A stretch of DNA of 64,000 nucleotides, taken from assembly GCA_041676545.1 (NCBI GenBank), contig JBAYRQ010000004.1, forward strand, positions 39,886 through 103,885. Direction: 5' to 3'. The notes under the pieces were generated by a model, which saw nothing but the letters and a program-made list of their open reading frames with translations, was not told the DNA's origin and made no database searches. Position 1 is the first letter of the stretch. Every line of letters starts with the position of its first letter. This DNA is from Weeksellaceae bacterium (GTDB lineage Bacteria > Bacteroidota > Bacteroidia > Flavobacteriales > Weeksellaceae). The position numbers were made by a program, and so were the translations under genes. Below, in pieces: positions 38,282-48,629 of this stretch.

Positions 38282-38998
38282 ATGATTAAAATTCGAGATT
38301 TAAATAAATCCTATAAAATGGGCGCCAATTCACTTCATGTTTTGAAGGGAATCAACCTGGATGTGGAAGACGGAGAATTTGTAGCAATTATGGGTGCTTC
38401 TGGATCAGGGAAATCCACTTTGTTGAATATCATTGGGATGTTGGATAACCACGACACCGGTTTGTATGAATTGGATGGCGTGAAAATCGAGAAATTAACC
38501 GAAAAAAAAGCGGCGAATTATCGAAATAAATTCTTGGGATTTATTTTTCAATCCTATAATTTAATCAGCTTTAAAAATGTATTGGAAAATGTAGCTCTTC
38601 CTTTATACTATCAAAAAGTCAGTCGAGGAAAACGTGCTGAAATGGCGATAAGCTATTTGGAACGGGTAGGATTAGCCAATTGGGCCCATCATTTACCCAA
38701 TGAATTATCCGGTGGCCAAAAACAACGAGTTGCTATTGCGCGCGCGTTGGCAGCACAACCAAAATTACTATTGGCCGATGAGCCGACTGGAGCTTTGGAT
38801 TCCAAAACTTCCCAAGAAGTTATGCGATTGATTCAAGAAATTAACGACGAAGGAAAAACGATATTGATGGTAACGCACGAAGATGACATTGCCCATATGT
38901 GTAAACGAATCGTCCGTCTGAAAGATGGAATGATTATGAGCGATGAAAAAGTGGAGCAGGTCAGAGCGGTTTATACTCCTTTTGACGCTCAATTGTAA
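38282..38998 (+). CDS. ABC transporter ATP-binding protein (MacB/LolD-like)
   Basis: GASGSGKST, LSGGQKQRVAIARAL and DEPTG motifs. Confidence 0.95.
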   Translation: MIKIRDLNKSYKMGANSLHVLKGINLDVEDGEFVAIMGASGSGKSTLLNIIGMLDNHDTGLYELDGVKIEKLTEKKAANYRNKFLGFIFQSYNLISFKNVLENVALPLYYQKVSRGKRAEMAISYLERVGLANWAHHLPNELSGGQKQRVAIARALAAQPKLLLADEPTGALDSKTSQEVMRLIQEINDEGKTILMVTHEDDIAHMCKRIVRLKDGMIMSDEKVEQVRAVYTPFDAQL

Positions 38999-39051
38999 AA
39001 TAAATAAAGGAATTTTAAGAAAGTGGACAAAAATCAAAAATAAAAAAAACA

Positions 39052-40281
39052 GTGTTTGATATAGATCGTTGGCGGGAAATATGGGCTTCTATAGCAAGTA
39101 ATAAATTACGAACTCTACTTTCGGGAATGACGATTTCATTGGCATTATTCGTATTTATAGTATTGTTCGGAATGGGGAACGGTTTGCAAAACGGTTTCCA
39201 AAAAGAATTCTTCCAAGCAGGCGCATTAAACATGAGTATTTTTGGAACCAAAACTACCGAATCCCATGCGGGTTATCAAAAAGGAAGACAAATCCAATTA
39301 GAAAACCGAGATTTGGATTACATCGTCGATAATTATTCCGACAAAATCAAATACATCAGCGGTGAATACAATCAGATGCTTTTGATAAAACAAGGCGGTG
39401 AATCGGGAAGATATTCGGTGAATGGAGTGAATGAAGGTTATTTCAATATGATCGACATCAATCTAGAAAAAGGCCGATTTGTAAGTGATGAAGATTTAAT
39501 AGGCCGAAAGAAAACCGCAGTCATTGGCCGAATGGTGGTCGAAGATTTAATGAAAGGTCGAGAAGTTGTCGGTCAATATTTAAATATGGGAACGGGTATG
39601 TATGAAATTGTCGGTGTTTTTTCGAGCAATACGAATGACGATCGGGAAGAACGAAATATTTACGTTCCGATTACCACTTTGCAAACCATATATGGAAACC
39701 AAGATTTACCACGGATTACGATCGCACCCAAAGATGGACTTACCACCAAAGAATTAGGAGATTTCGCAACGGATATTAAATCAGATTTAAAAGGAATTCA
39801 TAAAGTAAATCCCACCGATCAAGGTGGTATACGGGTTTGGGACAGTTCCGAACAGATGAGTAATACCAACGCGTTTTTCTTTGTACTGACGATTATTGTT
39901 TTCGTAATTGGTGGTGGAAGTTTGATTGCGGGAATTGTAAGTATTGGAAACATCATGGTTTTCAGTGTAAAAGAACGAACCAAAGAAATAGGCATTCGAA
40001 AAGCGCTGGGCGCGACGCCGAGAAATATTGTTGCCTTGATTATGCAAGAAGCGATTACGATAACCTTGCTTTTTGGCGTAATTGGAATTTTAGCTGCAAC
40101 TTTGTTGGTAGAAAACATCAATGAAAGTTTAGCGGATTATTTTATATACAATCCCGGAGTAAGTACCAACTCCTTGGTTGTGGCTTGTATTATATTGTTT
40201 GTTGCTGGATTTTTGGCTGGATTTTTACCGGCGCGCTATGCAGCAAGAATTAAACCCATAGATGCTTTAAACGACGAATGA
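39052..40281 (+). CDS. ABC transporter permease (MacB/FtsX-like)
   Basis: NKLRTLL and KERTKEIGIRKALGA motifs; GTG start. Confidence 0.92.
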   Translation: MFDIDRWREIWASIASNKLRTLLSGMTISLALFVFIVLFGMGNGLQNGFQKEFFQAGALNMSIFGTKTTESHAGYQKGRQIQLENRDLDYIVDNYSDKIKYISGEYNQMLLIKQGGESGRYSVNGVNEGYFNMIDINLEKGRFVSDEDLIGRKKTAVIGRMVVEDLMKGREVVGQYLNMGTGMYEIVGVFSSNTNDDREERNIYVPITTLQTIYGNQDLPRITIAPKDGLTTKELGDFATDIKSDLKGIHKVNPTDQGGIRVWDSSEQMSNTNAFFFVLTIIVFVIGGGSLIAGIVSIGNIMVFSVKERTKEIGIRKALGATPRNIVALIMQEAITITLLFGVIGILAATLLVENINESLADYFIYNPGVSTNSLVVACIILFVAGFLAGFLPARYAARIKPIDALNDE

Positions 40282-41531
40282 AACCAATTATATTTGATAG
40301 AGACGCTTGGACAGAAGTGTATGCCGCCATCCGTAAAAATAAAATGCGGACTATGCTTACCCTAACGGGTGTGGGGTGGGGTATGTTTTTGTTTGTCGCA
40401 CTTTTGGGTGCATCCAAAGGAGTTCAAAATGGGTTTGATAAACTCTTTGCCAATGCAGCCACCAACAGTCTTTTTGTTTGGTTGGAAGAAACATCGATTC
40501 CTTTTGAAGGCTATCAAAGAGGGCGAACTTTGGAATTGAAAGTGGATGATATTGACGCTTTGCGAAATGAATTTCCGGAAATTAAAATGATTGCTCCCCG
40601 AAGTCAAGAAGGAAGTGTAACGATTCAATACAACGGAAAACACGACAATTTTTCTGTGACGGGTGATTATCCTTCCCAAAATGATATGTTTAAAAAACCG
40701 ATTATCGAAGGACGTTTTATCGATGAAGATGATATTCGCTACGGGAAAAAAGTATGTGTCATAGGAAAAGACATCGTAGATGAAATGTTTCCAACCGATG
40801 AAAAACCAGTCGGAAAAATGATTCGAATCGGTGCGAGTATGTACACCGTTGTGGGCGTGTACAAACAAGGTGCGATGTCTTTTGGACGAAACAACGAAAT
40901 TCATATTCCATTTACTACATTTCAACGCGTGTATAACCGACAAGGTGTGGTTAATTATGTAATCATCAATGCGACGGATGCAACGGATATTGTTGCATTT
41001 GAAGGGCGTGTAAAAGAATTTTTGAAAGAAAGAAAACGAGTCGATCCTGCAGATACCAAAGCAATTGGCGGATTTAACTTAGGTGAGAATTTAGGGAAAA
41101 TGTTTTCATTTATGAATGGATTGCAATTGTTGGCCATTGTCGTGGGCGCATTAACTTTATTTTCAGGCGTGATTGCGATTGCGAGTATTTTATTGATTAC
41201 GGTTTCGGAACGGACCAAGGAATTTGGAATTCGTCGGGCTTTGGGTGCAGTACCCAATCAAATTCGTTCCCAAATTTTGCTGGAATCAATTGTATTAACC
41301 TTAATCGCTGGACTTTCAGGTATTGTCGGAGCAACTTTTGTGCTGTATTTAATCAATGCATTTGTGGTTTCAGGCAATGAAAATGAATTTCCTTTTATAA
41401 ATGCATCAGTCGATGTAACAACTTTGGGATTTGCCTTACTAATAATGGTAATAATGGCAATGGTGGCAGGAATGATTCCGGCACAAAGAGCAATTTCAAT
41501 CAAACCGATTGATGCTTTAAGAGATGAATAA
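40278..41531 (+). CDS. ABC transporter permease (MacB/FtsX-like), second paralog
   Basis: NKMRTML, ERTKEFGIRRALGA and IKPIDALRDE motifs. Confidence 0.92.
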   Translation: MKPIIFDRDAWTEVYAAIRKNKMRTMLTLTGVGWGMFLFVALLGASKGVQNGFDKLFANAATNSLFVWLEETSIPFEGYQRGRTLELKVDDIDALRNEFPEIKMIAPRSQEGSVTIQYNGKHDNFSVTGDYPSQNDMFKKPIIEGRFIDEDDIRYGKKVCVIGKDIVDEMFPTDEKPVGKMIRIGASMYTVVGVYKQGAMSFGRNNEIHIPFTTFQRVYNRQGVVNYVIINATDATDIVAFEGRVKEFLKERKRVDPADTKAIGGFNLGENLGKMFSFMNGLQLLAIVVGALTLFSGVIAIASILLITVSERTKEFGIRRALGAVPNQIRSQILLESIVLTLIAGLSGIVGATFVLYLINAFVVSGNENEFPFINASVDVTTLGFALLIMVIMAMVAGMIPAQRAISIKPIDALRDE

Positions 41532-41549
41532 CTTTATTTTAAATAAATA

Positions 41550-42692
41550 ATGAAAAAGATTGTAAAAATTGGATTGGTTCTATTGTTTGTGTTAGCCGTA
41601 GTTGGCGCACTAGCTTATATGTACAAAACCAGCACAAAGGAATTGGATAAATTTGAAACGACGGAAGTGGAAGTTCGTGATATTTCTACCAAAGCCGTGG
41701 CAACTGGATCGGTGAAACCAAGGGAAGTAATTGAAATTAAACCCAATATTTCAGGTGTTATTACCGAAATTCACGTGAAAGAAGGAGATGTCGTTCAACA
41801 AGGTGCTTTGATTGCAACGCTGAAAGTGATTCCAAATTTAAACAGTTTAAATGCAGCACAACAACAAATTAGTTCTGCACAAATTACGTTGAACAACGAG
41901 AAAATTCAATACAACCGTACCAAATCTTTGTACGATCAAGGCGTAGTTCCCAAACAAGAATACGACAATGCGTTGGCAAAATACCAAATGGCACAACAGT
42001 CGATACGCGAAGCACAAAGCAATTACAAATTGGCACAATCGGGTGTAGCACCCGGTTTGGAGAAATATGCCAATACCCAAATTCGAGCTACCATTTCGGG
42101 AATGTTGTTATCGATTCCGGTTGAAATCGGGAATACGGTTCAGGAAATTAATAACTTTAGTGTAGGTACAACCATCGCGACCATGGCGGATGTGAAACAA
42201 ATGATTTTTGAAGGAAAAGTAGATGAAGCCGATGTGGGAAAATTAAAAGAGAATATGCCTTTGACCATTACCATTGGAGCTTTACCGGATGATAAGTTTT
42301 CAGGAATTCTGAATTTCATTTCCCCTTCAGGTGTGGAAACCAATGGAATTGTGGAGTTTGAAATCAAGGCAGATGTAACTTTAAAAGATGATATTTTCTT
42401 GCGAGCCAATTACAGTGCAAATGCAGAAGTGAATTTGTCAGAAGCGAAAAATGCATTGACATTGGAATCTGCACATATTCGATACGATGACGATGGAAAA
42501 GCATTTGTGGAGGTTCTTAAACCCGGAACGGAAGAATACGATCAACCGGTTTATTTGAAGAAATTAATTGTGGTGGGATTAACCGATGGCGTTTATACTG
42601 AAATTAAAAGCGGACTGAATAAAGGAGATAAAGTAAAAATCTTCAATACCGATTTGGAAGAAAGTTCTTCGGGCGGTTCAAGAAGAAGATAA
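41550..42692 (+). CDS. Efflux periplasmic adaptor subunit (MacA/HlyD-like)
   Basis: N-terminal TM, lipoyl halves (IKPNISGVITEIHVKEGD), coiled coil, VDEADVG. Confidence 0.92.
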   Translation: MKKIVKIGLVLLFVLAVVGALAYMYKTSTKELDKFETTEVEVRDISTKAVATGSVKPREVIEIKPNISGVITEIHVKEGDVVQQGALIATLKVIPNLNSLNAAQQQISSAQITLNNEKIQYNRTKSLYDQGVVPKQEYDNALAKYQMAQQSIREAQSNYKLAQSGVAPGLEKYANTQIRATISGMLLSIPVEIGNTVQEINNFSVGTTIATMADVKQMIFEGKVDEADVGKLKENMPLTITIGALPDDKFSGILNFISPSGVETNGIVEFEIKADVTLKDDIFLRANYSANAEVNLSEAKNALTLESAHIRYDDDGKAFVEVLKPGTEEYDQPVYLKKLIVVGLTDGVYTEIKSGLNKGDKVKIFNTDLEESSSGGSRRR

Positions 42693-42710
42693 ACCCAAAT
42701 AATAAATAGT

Positions 42711-42758
42711 AAAAGCCGAGAATTCTCAAAAAATAATTAGAGGGTTTTCGGCTTTTTT
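42711..42758 (+). terminator. Intrinsic terminator after the ABC operon
   Basis: AAAAGCCGAG ... TTCGGCTTTTTT stem. Confidence 0.75.
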
Positions 42759-42908
42759 CATGGAATTCAATCGTTAAAATTTCGAAGAAAATCAAATAAA
42801 ATCCTTATTTTTATAAAAGAATTCGCGAAGAATTATTTTTAACTTGTTGGTAAGATGAAAATAATTTTTACTTTTACGATTAATTATTAACACATAAGAG
42901 AGCTAGGT

Positions 42909-43325
42909 ATGAGATTAGGTAAGTTGTTGATTCCACTTTTAATGGTGGTTTCGAGCGTAGTTTTTTCACAACAAACAAATTCCACAAGAGCAGTAGATGG
43001 TGATTACATTGTAATTGACCTGTCCAAATCTTTGGAAGGAAATAAAGTCCATGATCGACTTTATTATTTGATTTTAAATAGTCATTCGGTGGATTTGCCA
43101 TCCGAAATTACCGATTTTTTGGATGCGATTCCTGATGAGCCCAATTTGCATCATAAATTAACTTTGCAAAGAGAAGAAATTTTAAAAGTTCTTTACAATA
43201 ATCGTATTCATCCGGACGATAAAAAGTTCATTTGTAATCATTATTTACAAGATAGATCGTACGAACCTTTGATACCTATTATGCCTTACTTGGAAGCCTA
43301 CGTGAGAACAGGTTCCGTTAAGTAA
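42909..43325 (+). CDS. Hypothetical secreted protein
   Basis: Signal peptide and 138-aa ORF; first gene before the T9SS type B substrate. Confidence 0.7.
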   Translation: MRLGKLLIPLLMVVSSVVFSQQTNSTRAVDGDYIVIDLSKSLEGNKVHDRLYYLILNSHSVDLPSEITDFLDAIPDEPNLHHKLTLQREEILKVLYNNRIHPDDKKFICNHYLQDRSYEPLIPIMPYLEAYVRTGSVK

Positions 43326-43369
43326 TTCAAAAAAATACACTGCTAATTAACACAACAAAATTTTACCAA

Positions 43370-46300
43370 ATGATTCGAAATTTATTTATTATATTTTTAC
43401 TCTCCTTGTTTGGAACGTCTACTTTCGTTTCGGCACAAGGAACCGTAAATATCATCAATATAAATAGAGATGGAAACTTTAATCTTTGCTCAAACTCCCC
43501 AGACCCTATAATAATTGCCGAGATGATAACTTCAGACGGTAGTACGGTTGTTAATGGCAATTTAGTTATAACTGACCCGTGTGGATTTACCACCTTAAAA
43601 ATTACAATGAGTAACCTTAGATACTATAAACCTGCTGCAAATTGGGCACATGGTTTCTTTTTTCCTGAAGGTGAAAATATTTCTGTATCTAATGTGAATT
43701 TGCCAGCGGGATGGATTCCTATGAACACGGTTACAGGTGCAAGTTGTTCAACGGGTGAAACAGGAGGTGCGGGTTTTTATTTTGATGGAACAAGCAGTTC
43801 TTCATGGTGCTGTACTGGTAATCCCAATAATGATGGTAATCCTAGTAATAATTGGGGTGACTCTTCTATGGACTGTGGCACTCCTTTCAGTATTCAATTT
43901 GATATGACTTTTTGTAACAGTAAGGTTGAAACAGGAATTACGGACTTTCTGTTAAGAGGTACTTCAGATGGTAATACCGGCTGTTGGACTTCTCCAGATT
44001 ACAATAATAATACAGTTTCGTTTTCACTTCAAACAGTCGCGAGTGATGTTCCTTTATTTTCACTTCCCGCTTGGAGTCCCGAAGTAATAACCCAATGTTT
44101 TGATGCAGGCGATACACTGAATTACATCGCAGTATTAGAAGCAGAATGTGGAACAGGTGATGATGTAACGTGGTGGGATGCTCCAGCGGGAGGGAATTTA
44201 ATTGGTACAGGTTCTCCTTTTATGTATGATCCTCCAGGGAATCAATGTCCCGCAGGAACGGTTTTGTATGCTTCTTGTTGTCCCGATGGGGAAGGATGTG
44301 AACGTAGCCCAGTTGTAATCGGTCACTGTTTGCCGCCAAGTGATATTCCAACGTTTGATCCCATTGATCCACAATGTCCAGATAGCCCCAATCCTTTACC
44401 ACCTACTTCGATTGAAGGGGTAACGGGAACATGGTCGCCTGCTTATGATCCTTTTAATACAATGACTTACACGTTTCTTCCGGATCCAGGACAATGTGCG
44501 GTTTATCCTGTTTCTTTGGAAGTTGAAATCTTGCCTTTGATTACATTGACCATTCCCGAAGTGGAGCCAATTTGTCAAAATGCAACCCCACCTACGCTTC
44601 CTGATCCTTTGGAAGGAACGCCTGGGAATTGGGTGCCCGCGGTGATTGACACAAGTATTCCCGGTGTTTTTCAATATACGTTTGTACCCGAAGATGCCTG
44701 TGCAGAAGATGCAATGATTGAAGTAATTATTGAAGAAAAGCTATCTCCTGAATTTGTGGTTGAAAATCATTATTGCTCAGGTACAGAAATTATAACTTTG
44801 CCAACAACGTCTGACAATGGACTCCCTGGAACTTGGTTTCCAGCTACGGTTGATACGTCTCAAGTCGGAACGGTGACGTATACATTTACGCCCAATGCAG
44901 AATTGTGTGCAGAAGAATTTGAAGTAGAAATCGAAGTCGAACAATTCATTCTTCCCACTTTTGCAACTGTAAATCCAATCTGTCAATTTTCAACGCCACC
45001 TGCACTTCCGCAACCGAATGAGTTGATTACCGGAACGTGGTTTCCTGCTGTGATTGATACCAATACCGAAGGGATTTTTAACTTTACATTTACACCCGAT
45101 ATGGAGTGTTCGGAACCGGTAACCATTCAAATTGAAATTACGGCAGATATTGTTCCTGAATTTATTATTGATAACAGTTATTGTCAATTTGAAACGCCGG
45201 ATGCCTTGAATACACTTTCAAACAACGGCGTTCCCGGAACATGGTTCCCAGCAACAATTGATACGAATACTGTAGGTGTAAGTATTTATACATTTACGCC
45301 CGACGCGGATCAATGTTCATCTCCCATCACACTTAACGTGGAAATATTCCCAGAACCTGTTTTGAATTCACTTCCAGTTCAATTGCTGTGTGACGATGAT
45401 TTTGATGGCGTATATTTAACCAATCTTTCTGGATTCAATGGTCTTTTAGGCGGAGGGGCTGGAGTGAATTATACCTATTATGCATCCCAAGCGGACATGG
45501 ATAACAATATTTCCATTCCGGGTGGTCAATTAAGTAATTACCCAATCACGAATTTACCAACCACCATTTTTGTAGTGGGAATGAATGGTCAATCGTGTAA
45601 ATCCCAGCCGATTGCGATTCAATTTGACAAAGAAGCACAAGTGCAACATGCAGTAGGTCCATTTGGTCCGATTGAGTATTGTCCAGAAGATACGGTGGAT
45701 TTAACGCAGTTCGAAGGAATTATAAGTAATACCAATGGGGTTGTTTATGGCTATTACCATACGTTAGACAATGCACGAACAGAAACAGCCGAAATATTAA
45801 ATGCACAAAATTATACACCAACTGCCAATCAAACCTCTGTTTTTGTGCGTTTAGATGCTACCGGAGTGTGTTCAGCGATTGTTGAAATTAAATTAAAGAG
45901 ATTACCAAGTCCAAGTTTGTCCGTCCCGAGCTATAGTTTCTTGTGTGACAATGATAGTCTTGAATTGACATTGTCGAGTGATGATCCTACCGCTACTTTT
46001 GAATGGGAATTAAGCGACGGTACGATTTGGACGGGTGCAACTCAAATTATATCAGAGACGGGAACCTATATAGTGACCGCTTATAGTGCAGAGGGTTGCC
46101 GTAGTGAATCTCAAACTTTAATCGTAAGTCCACCTGCTACACCTCAAATTGTAAATTTAGATGTTTCGGGAAATAATTTAACGGTAGGTGCGACCAACAA
46201 TGGAGAAGGACCCATGGAATATTCACTCGATGGAGTTTTCTGGCAAAATACCAATGTATTTATGAATTTAATTCCAGGTGAAACCTACACCGTTTGGGTT

Positions 46301-46621
46301 CGTTCTTCGGGCTGTATGATTTCAAAATACACTGTTACGATTTTAAGTTTGCCAAATTTCTTCTCTCCCAATGGAGATGGAATCAATGATGTGTGGGAAA
46401 TCCGAGGAATTCAAACCACGCCGAATGCAACCCTAAAAATATTTGATCGTTACGGTAAAATATTTGTCGATACGAATTTTGAAGGAGATTATGTATGGGA
46501 TGGAAAATACCAAGGAAGAAATGTCGCCTCGGGTGATTACTGGTACATCATCGAAATTCCGTCCGATGGAATCCTTTCTGAAAAGAAATTTGTAGGACAT
46601 GTAACCGTTCGGAATAAATAA
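43370..46621 (+). CDS. T9SS type B (gliding motility-associated CTD) surface protein with internal repeats
   Basis: LPNFFSPNGDGINDVWEI...IFDRYGK...WDG...SGDYWY type B CTD; five ~68-aa Cys-containing repeats. Confidence 0.9.
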   Translation: MIRNLFIIFLLSLFGTSTFVSAQGTVNIININRDGNFNLCSNSPDPIIIAEMITSDGSTVVNGNLVITDPCGFTTLKITMSNLRYYKPAANWAHGFFFPEGENISVSNVNLPAGWIPMNTVTGASCSTGETGGAGFYFDGTSSSSWCCTGNPNNDGNPSNNWGDSSMDCGTPFSIQFDMTFCNSKVETGITDFLLRGTSDGNTGCWTSPDYNNNTVSFSLQTVASDVPLFSLPAWSPEVITQCFDAGDTLNYIAVLEAECGTGDDVTWWDAPAGGNLIGTGSPFMYDPPGNQCPAGTVLYASCCPDGEGCERSPVVIGHCLPPSDIPTFDPIDPQCPDSPNPLPPTSIEGVTGTWSPAYDPFNTMTYTFLPDPGQCAVYPVSLEVEILPLITLTIPEVEPICQNATPPTLPDPLEGTPGNWVPAVIDTSIPGVFQYTFVPEDACAEDAMIEVIIEEKLSPEFVVENHYCSGTEIITLPTTSDNGLPGTWFPATVDTSQVGTVTYTFTPNAELCAEEFEVEIEVEQFILPTFATVNPICQFSTPPALPQPNELITGTWFPAVIDTNTEGIFNFTFTPDMECSEPVTIQIEITADIVPEFIIDNSYCQFETPDALNTLSNNGVPGTWFPATIDTNTVGVSIYTFTPDADQCSSPITLNVEIFPEPVLNSLPVQLLCDDDFDGVYLTNLSGFNGLLGGGAGVNYTYYASQADMDNNISIPGGQLSNYPITNLPTTIFVVGMNGQSCKSQPIAIQFDKEAQVQHAVGPFGPIEYCPEDTVDLTQFEGIISNTNGVVYGYYHTLDNARTETAEILNAQNYTPTANQTSVFVRLDATGVCSAIVEIKLKRLPSPSLSVPSYSFLCDNDSLELTLSSDDPTATFEWELSDGTIWTGATQIISETGTYIVTAYSAEGCRSESQTLIVSPPATPQIVNLDVSGNNLTVGATNNGEGPMEYSLDGVFWQNTNVFMNLIPGETYTVWVRSSGCMISKYTVTILSLPNFFSPNGDGINDVWEIRGIQTTPNATLKIFDRYGKIFVDTNFEGDYVWDGKYQGRNVASGDYWYIIEIPSDGILSEKKFVGHVTVRNK

Positions 46622-46939
46622 GAGATATAGCATTCAAAAGGGAATCCTTGAAAAAGTGGTTCCCTTTTTTATACTATTTACTTCATCGAGGTGACCTGAT
46701 TTAGATAGAATATTAGCGATTAATTAGGGTTTCCTTAAAAAGCATTGTTAATTTTCTTAGCAATTAAAAAAAATATTTGTAGATTCGATTTTTTATAAGT
46801 CATTGTTTATATTTGACGAATAAGAAAAGAGCATAAAGTTCCTTTTTAGAGAAGGAAAAACATCGTTTAAGACGGATTAAAAAACCGTCAGAATGAAATA
46901 TAGTAGAGCAATTAGCGTTAGGAAAAGAGATAATAACAC

Positions 46940-47902
46940 ATGAGAAAAAATTTATTAACGACAATCTTGGTACTTTTAACCGTGTCTTTATGGGCACAAG
47001 AGGGATTACCGTTTTATAAACATTATTTGGTAGGTGATGCGTATTTGATCAACCCTTCGTACGCAGGACAAGATCCAGAAGTACTAAATGTAACTGCAAC
47101 TTATGCAAATCAATGGGCAGATTTACCCGAAAGTCCGAATACACAGACTTTAAGTGCACATGCAACCGTCGTTAATCGATTGGCTTTTGGACTTTATTTG
47201 TTTCATGACCGAAATGGTTTGTCGAGCTTAAAAGGAATTAATCTATCCGCCGCTTATCACATTCCGATTTCTTCAGACCGGGATTACAAATGGGATGAAC
47301 CGGAAGATATTTTCTCATTCGGTTTGTCGTACAACAACTTTTCTCAGTCCTTGGATATAGACCGAGTAATTGCCAATGATCCCAATGACCCTTTGATAAA
47401 CGATTCAAATTTTGGAATGAATTACTTTAATTTTGGTGCTTCTTTCCGCTATGCCGGAGCTTTTGGAGGTATTTCTGTTTTGGACATTCCTTTGAAAGAA
47501 AATGAAGCCGTTACAAACGGAATTGAACCCTTGCCTGCATGGTATAACTTTATTTTAGGATATACTTTTTACTTTGGTGAAAACTTCTACATCTATCCAT
47601 CGGTGGTGATGAATCTAAATTCAAATTCCGCTCGAAAATTTGATGTGAACTTAATGTCTCATCTTTCTTTTGGTGAAAGTCAACAAGGTTTGGACTTGGG
47701 CGTTTCCTATCGTCAAGATGTCGATAAAAACGGTTCGCAAGGATTAACGATGTCTCCAATTATGAAATTGAAAATCGGAGAATTAAAAGTCGGTTTCTCG
47801 TATGACCTAGGATTATCTGACATTGCCAAAGAAGCTGGAAACGGATTTATGTTTAGTTTAGGCTATAACTTTGGAAATCCTTTCAATCCCGACTTCAGAT
47901 AA
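46940..47902 (+). CDS. PorP/SprF-family T9SS membrane protein
   Basis: INPSYAG...QW...P.TQTLS motif with a beta-barrel pattern; adjacent to a type B substrate, as expected. Confidence 0.9.
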   Translation: MRKNLLTTILVLLTVSLWAQEGLPFYKHYLVGDAYLINPSYAGQDPEVLNVTATYANQWADLPESPNTQTLSAHATVVNRLAFGLYLFHDRNGLSSLKGINLSAAYHIPISSDRDYKWDEPEDIFSFGLSYNNFSQSLDIDRVIANDPNDPLINDSNFGMNYFNFGASFRYAGAFGGISVLDIPLKENEAVTNGIEPLPAWYNFILGYTFYFGENFYIYPSVVMNLNSNSARKFDVNLMSHLSFGESQQGLDLGVSYRQDVDKNGSQGLTMSPIMKLKIGELKVGFSYDLGLSDIAKEAGNGFMFSLGYNFGNPFNPDFR

Positions 47903-48098
47903 TACCTTATCTTACTTCGTAAAATTTTATGCTGTCAAAATATGAAATTGTTTGACATAAAGTAAATATTTCGCTTAACCTTCAATGATTTAAAAGAATT
48001 TAAAATTTTGAATGAACATTTATTTATTTTGTTAATTCCAATAAATATCATAGTTTAATTTTGAGATTATCTTAAATTCGCATTAAAATCAAACAACA

Positions 48099-48530
48099 AT
48101 GAAGAAAATATTTTTTATCGCAGCTTTGGCTGTAGTAGGATTAGGAGCAACCGCTTGTAGTAGCGATGACGATGCGGCAGCTGTAAATCCATTAGTAGGA
48201 ACATGGAAAGCAGAAACGCTTACGTACACTTTTGGAGGTCAGACTAACACTCATCCGTACGATCACCCTATGTTCAAAGAAGGTTGTGCGACTGATTATT
48301 TAACCTTAAATGAAAATCAATCCGCATCTTTAAAGGAAAACAACAAAAACGCTGAGGATGTTTGTGTAGATGAAACTGCAAACGGCGTTTGGACAGAAGA
48401 CGTAATTACTTTGCAAGGAATGGATATAAGAAACATCGAATCTGTTACCAATTCAGAATTGGTTTTGGTTTATCCTTTGACTTTTATGGGGCAAACACTT
48501 GATATCTCTGTTTCCTATTCAAAACAGTAA
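48099..48530 (+). CDS. Lipocalin-like lipoprotein
   Basis: Lipobox TAC-SSDDD; LVGTWK lipocalin motif. Confidence 0.75.
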   Translation: MKKIFFIAALAVVGLGATACSSDDDAAAVNPLVGTWKAETLTYTFGGQTNTHPYDHPMFKEGCATDYLTLNENQSASLKENNKNAEDVCVDETANGVWTEDVITLQGMDIRNIESVTNSELVLVYPLTFMGQTLDISVSYSKQ

Positions 48531-48552
48531 TTCAATTCGAATACTTGAAATC

Positions 48553-48583
48553 AAAAAGCCGGGCATTTATCCCGGCTTTTTTT
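48553..48583. terminator. Bidirectional intrinsic terminator
   Basis: AAAAAGCCGGG / CCCGGCTTTTT between convergent genes. Confidence 0.9.
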
Positions 48584-48629
48584 ATGCTTTGTTTTTCGAA
48601 AAGATTTTTTTAGAATTTCATAAGACTAA

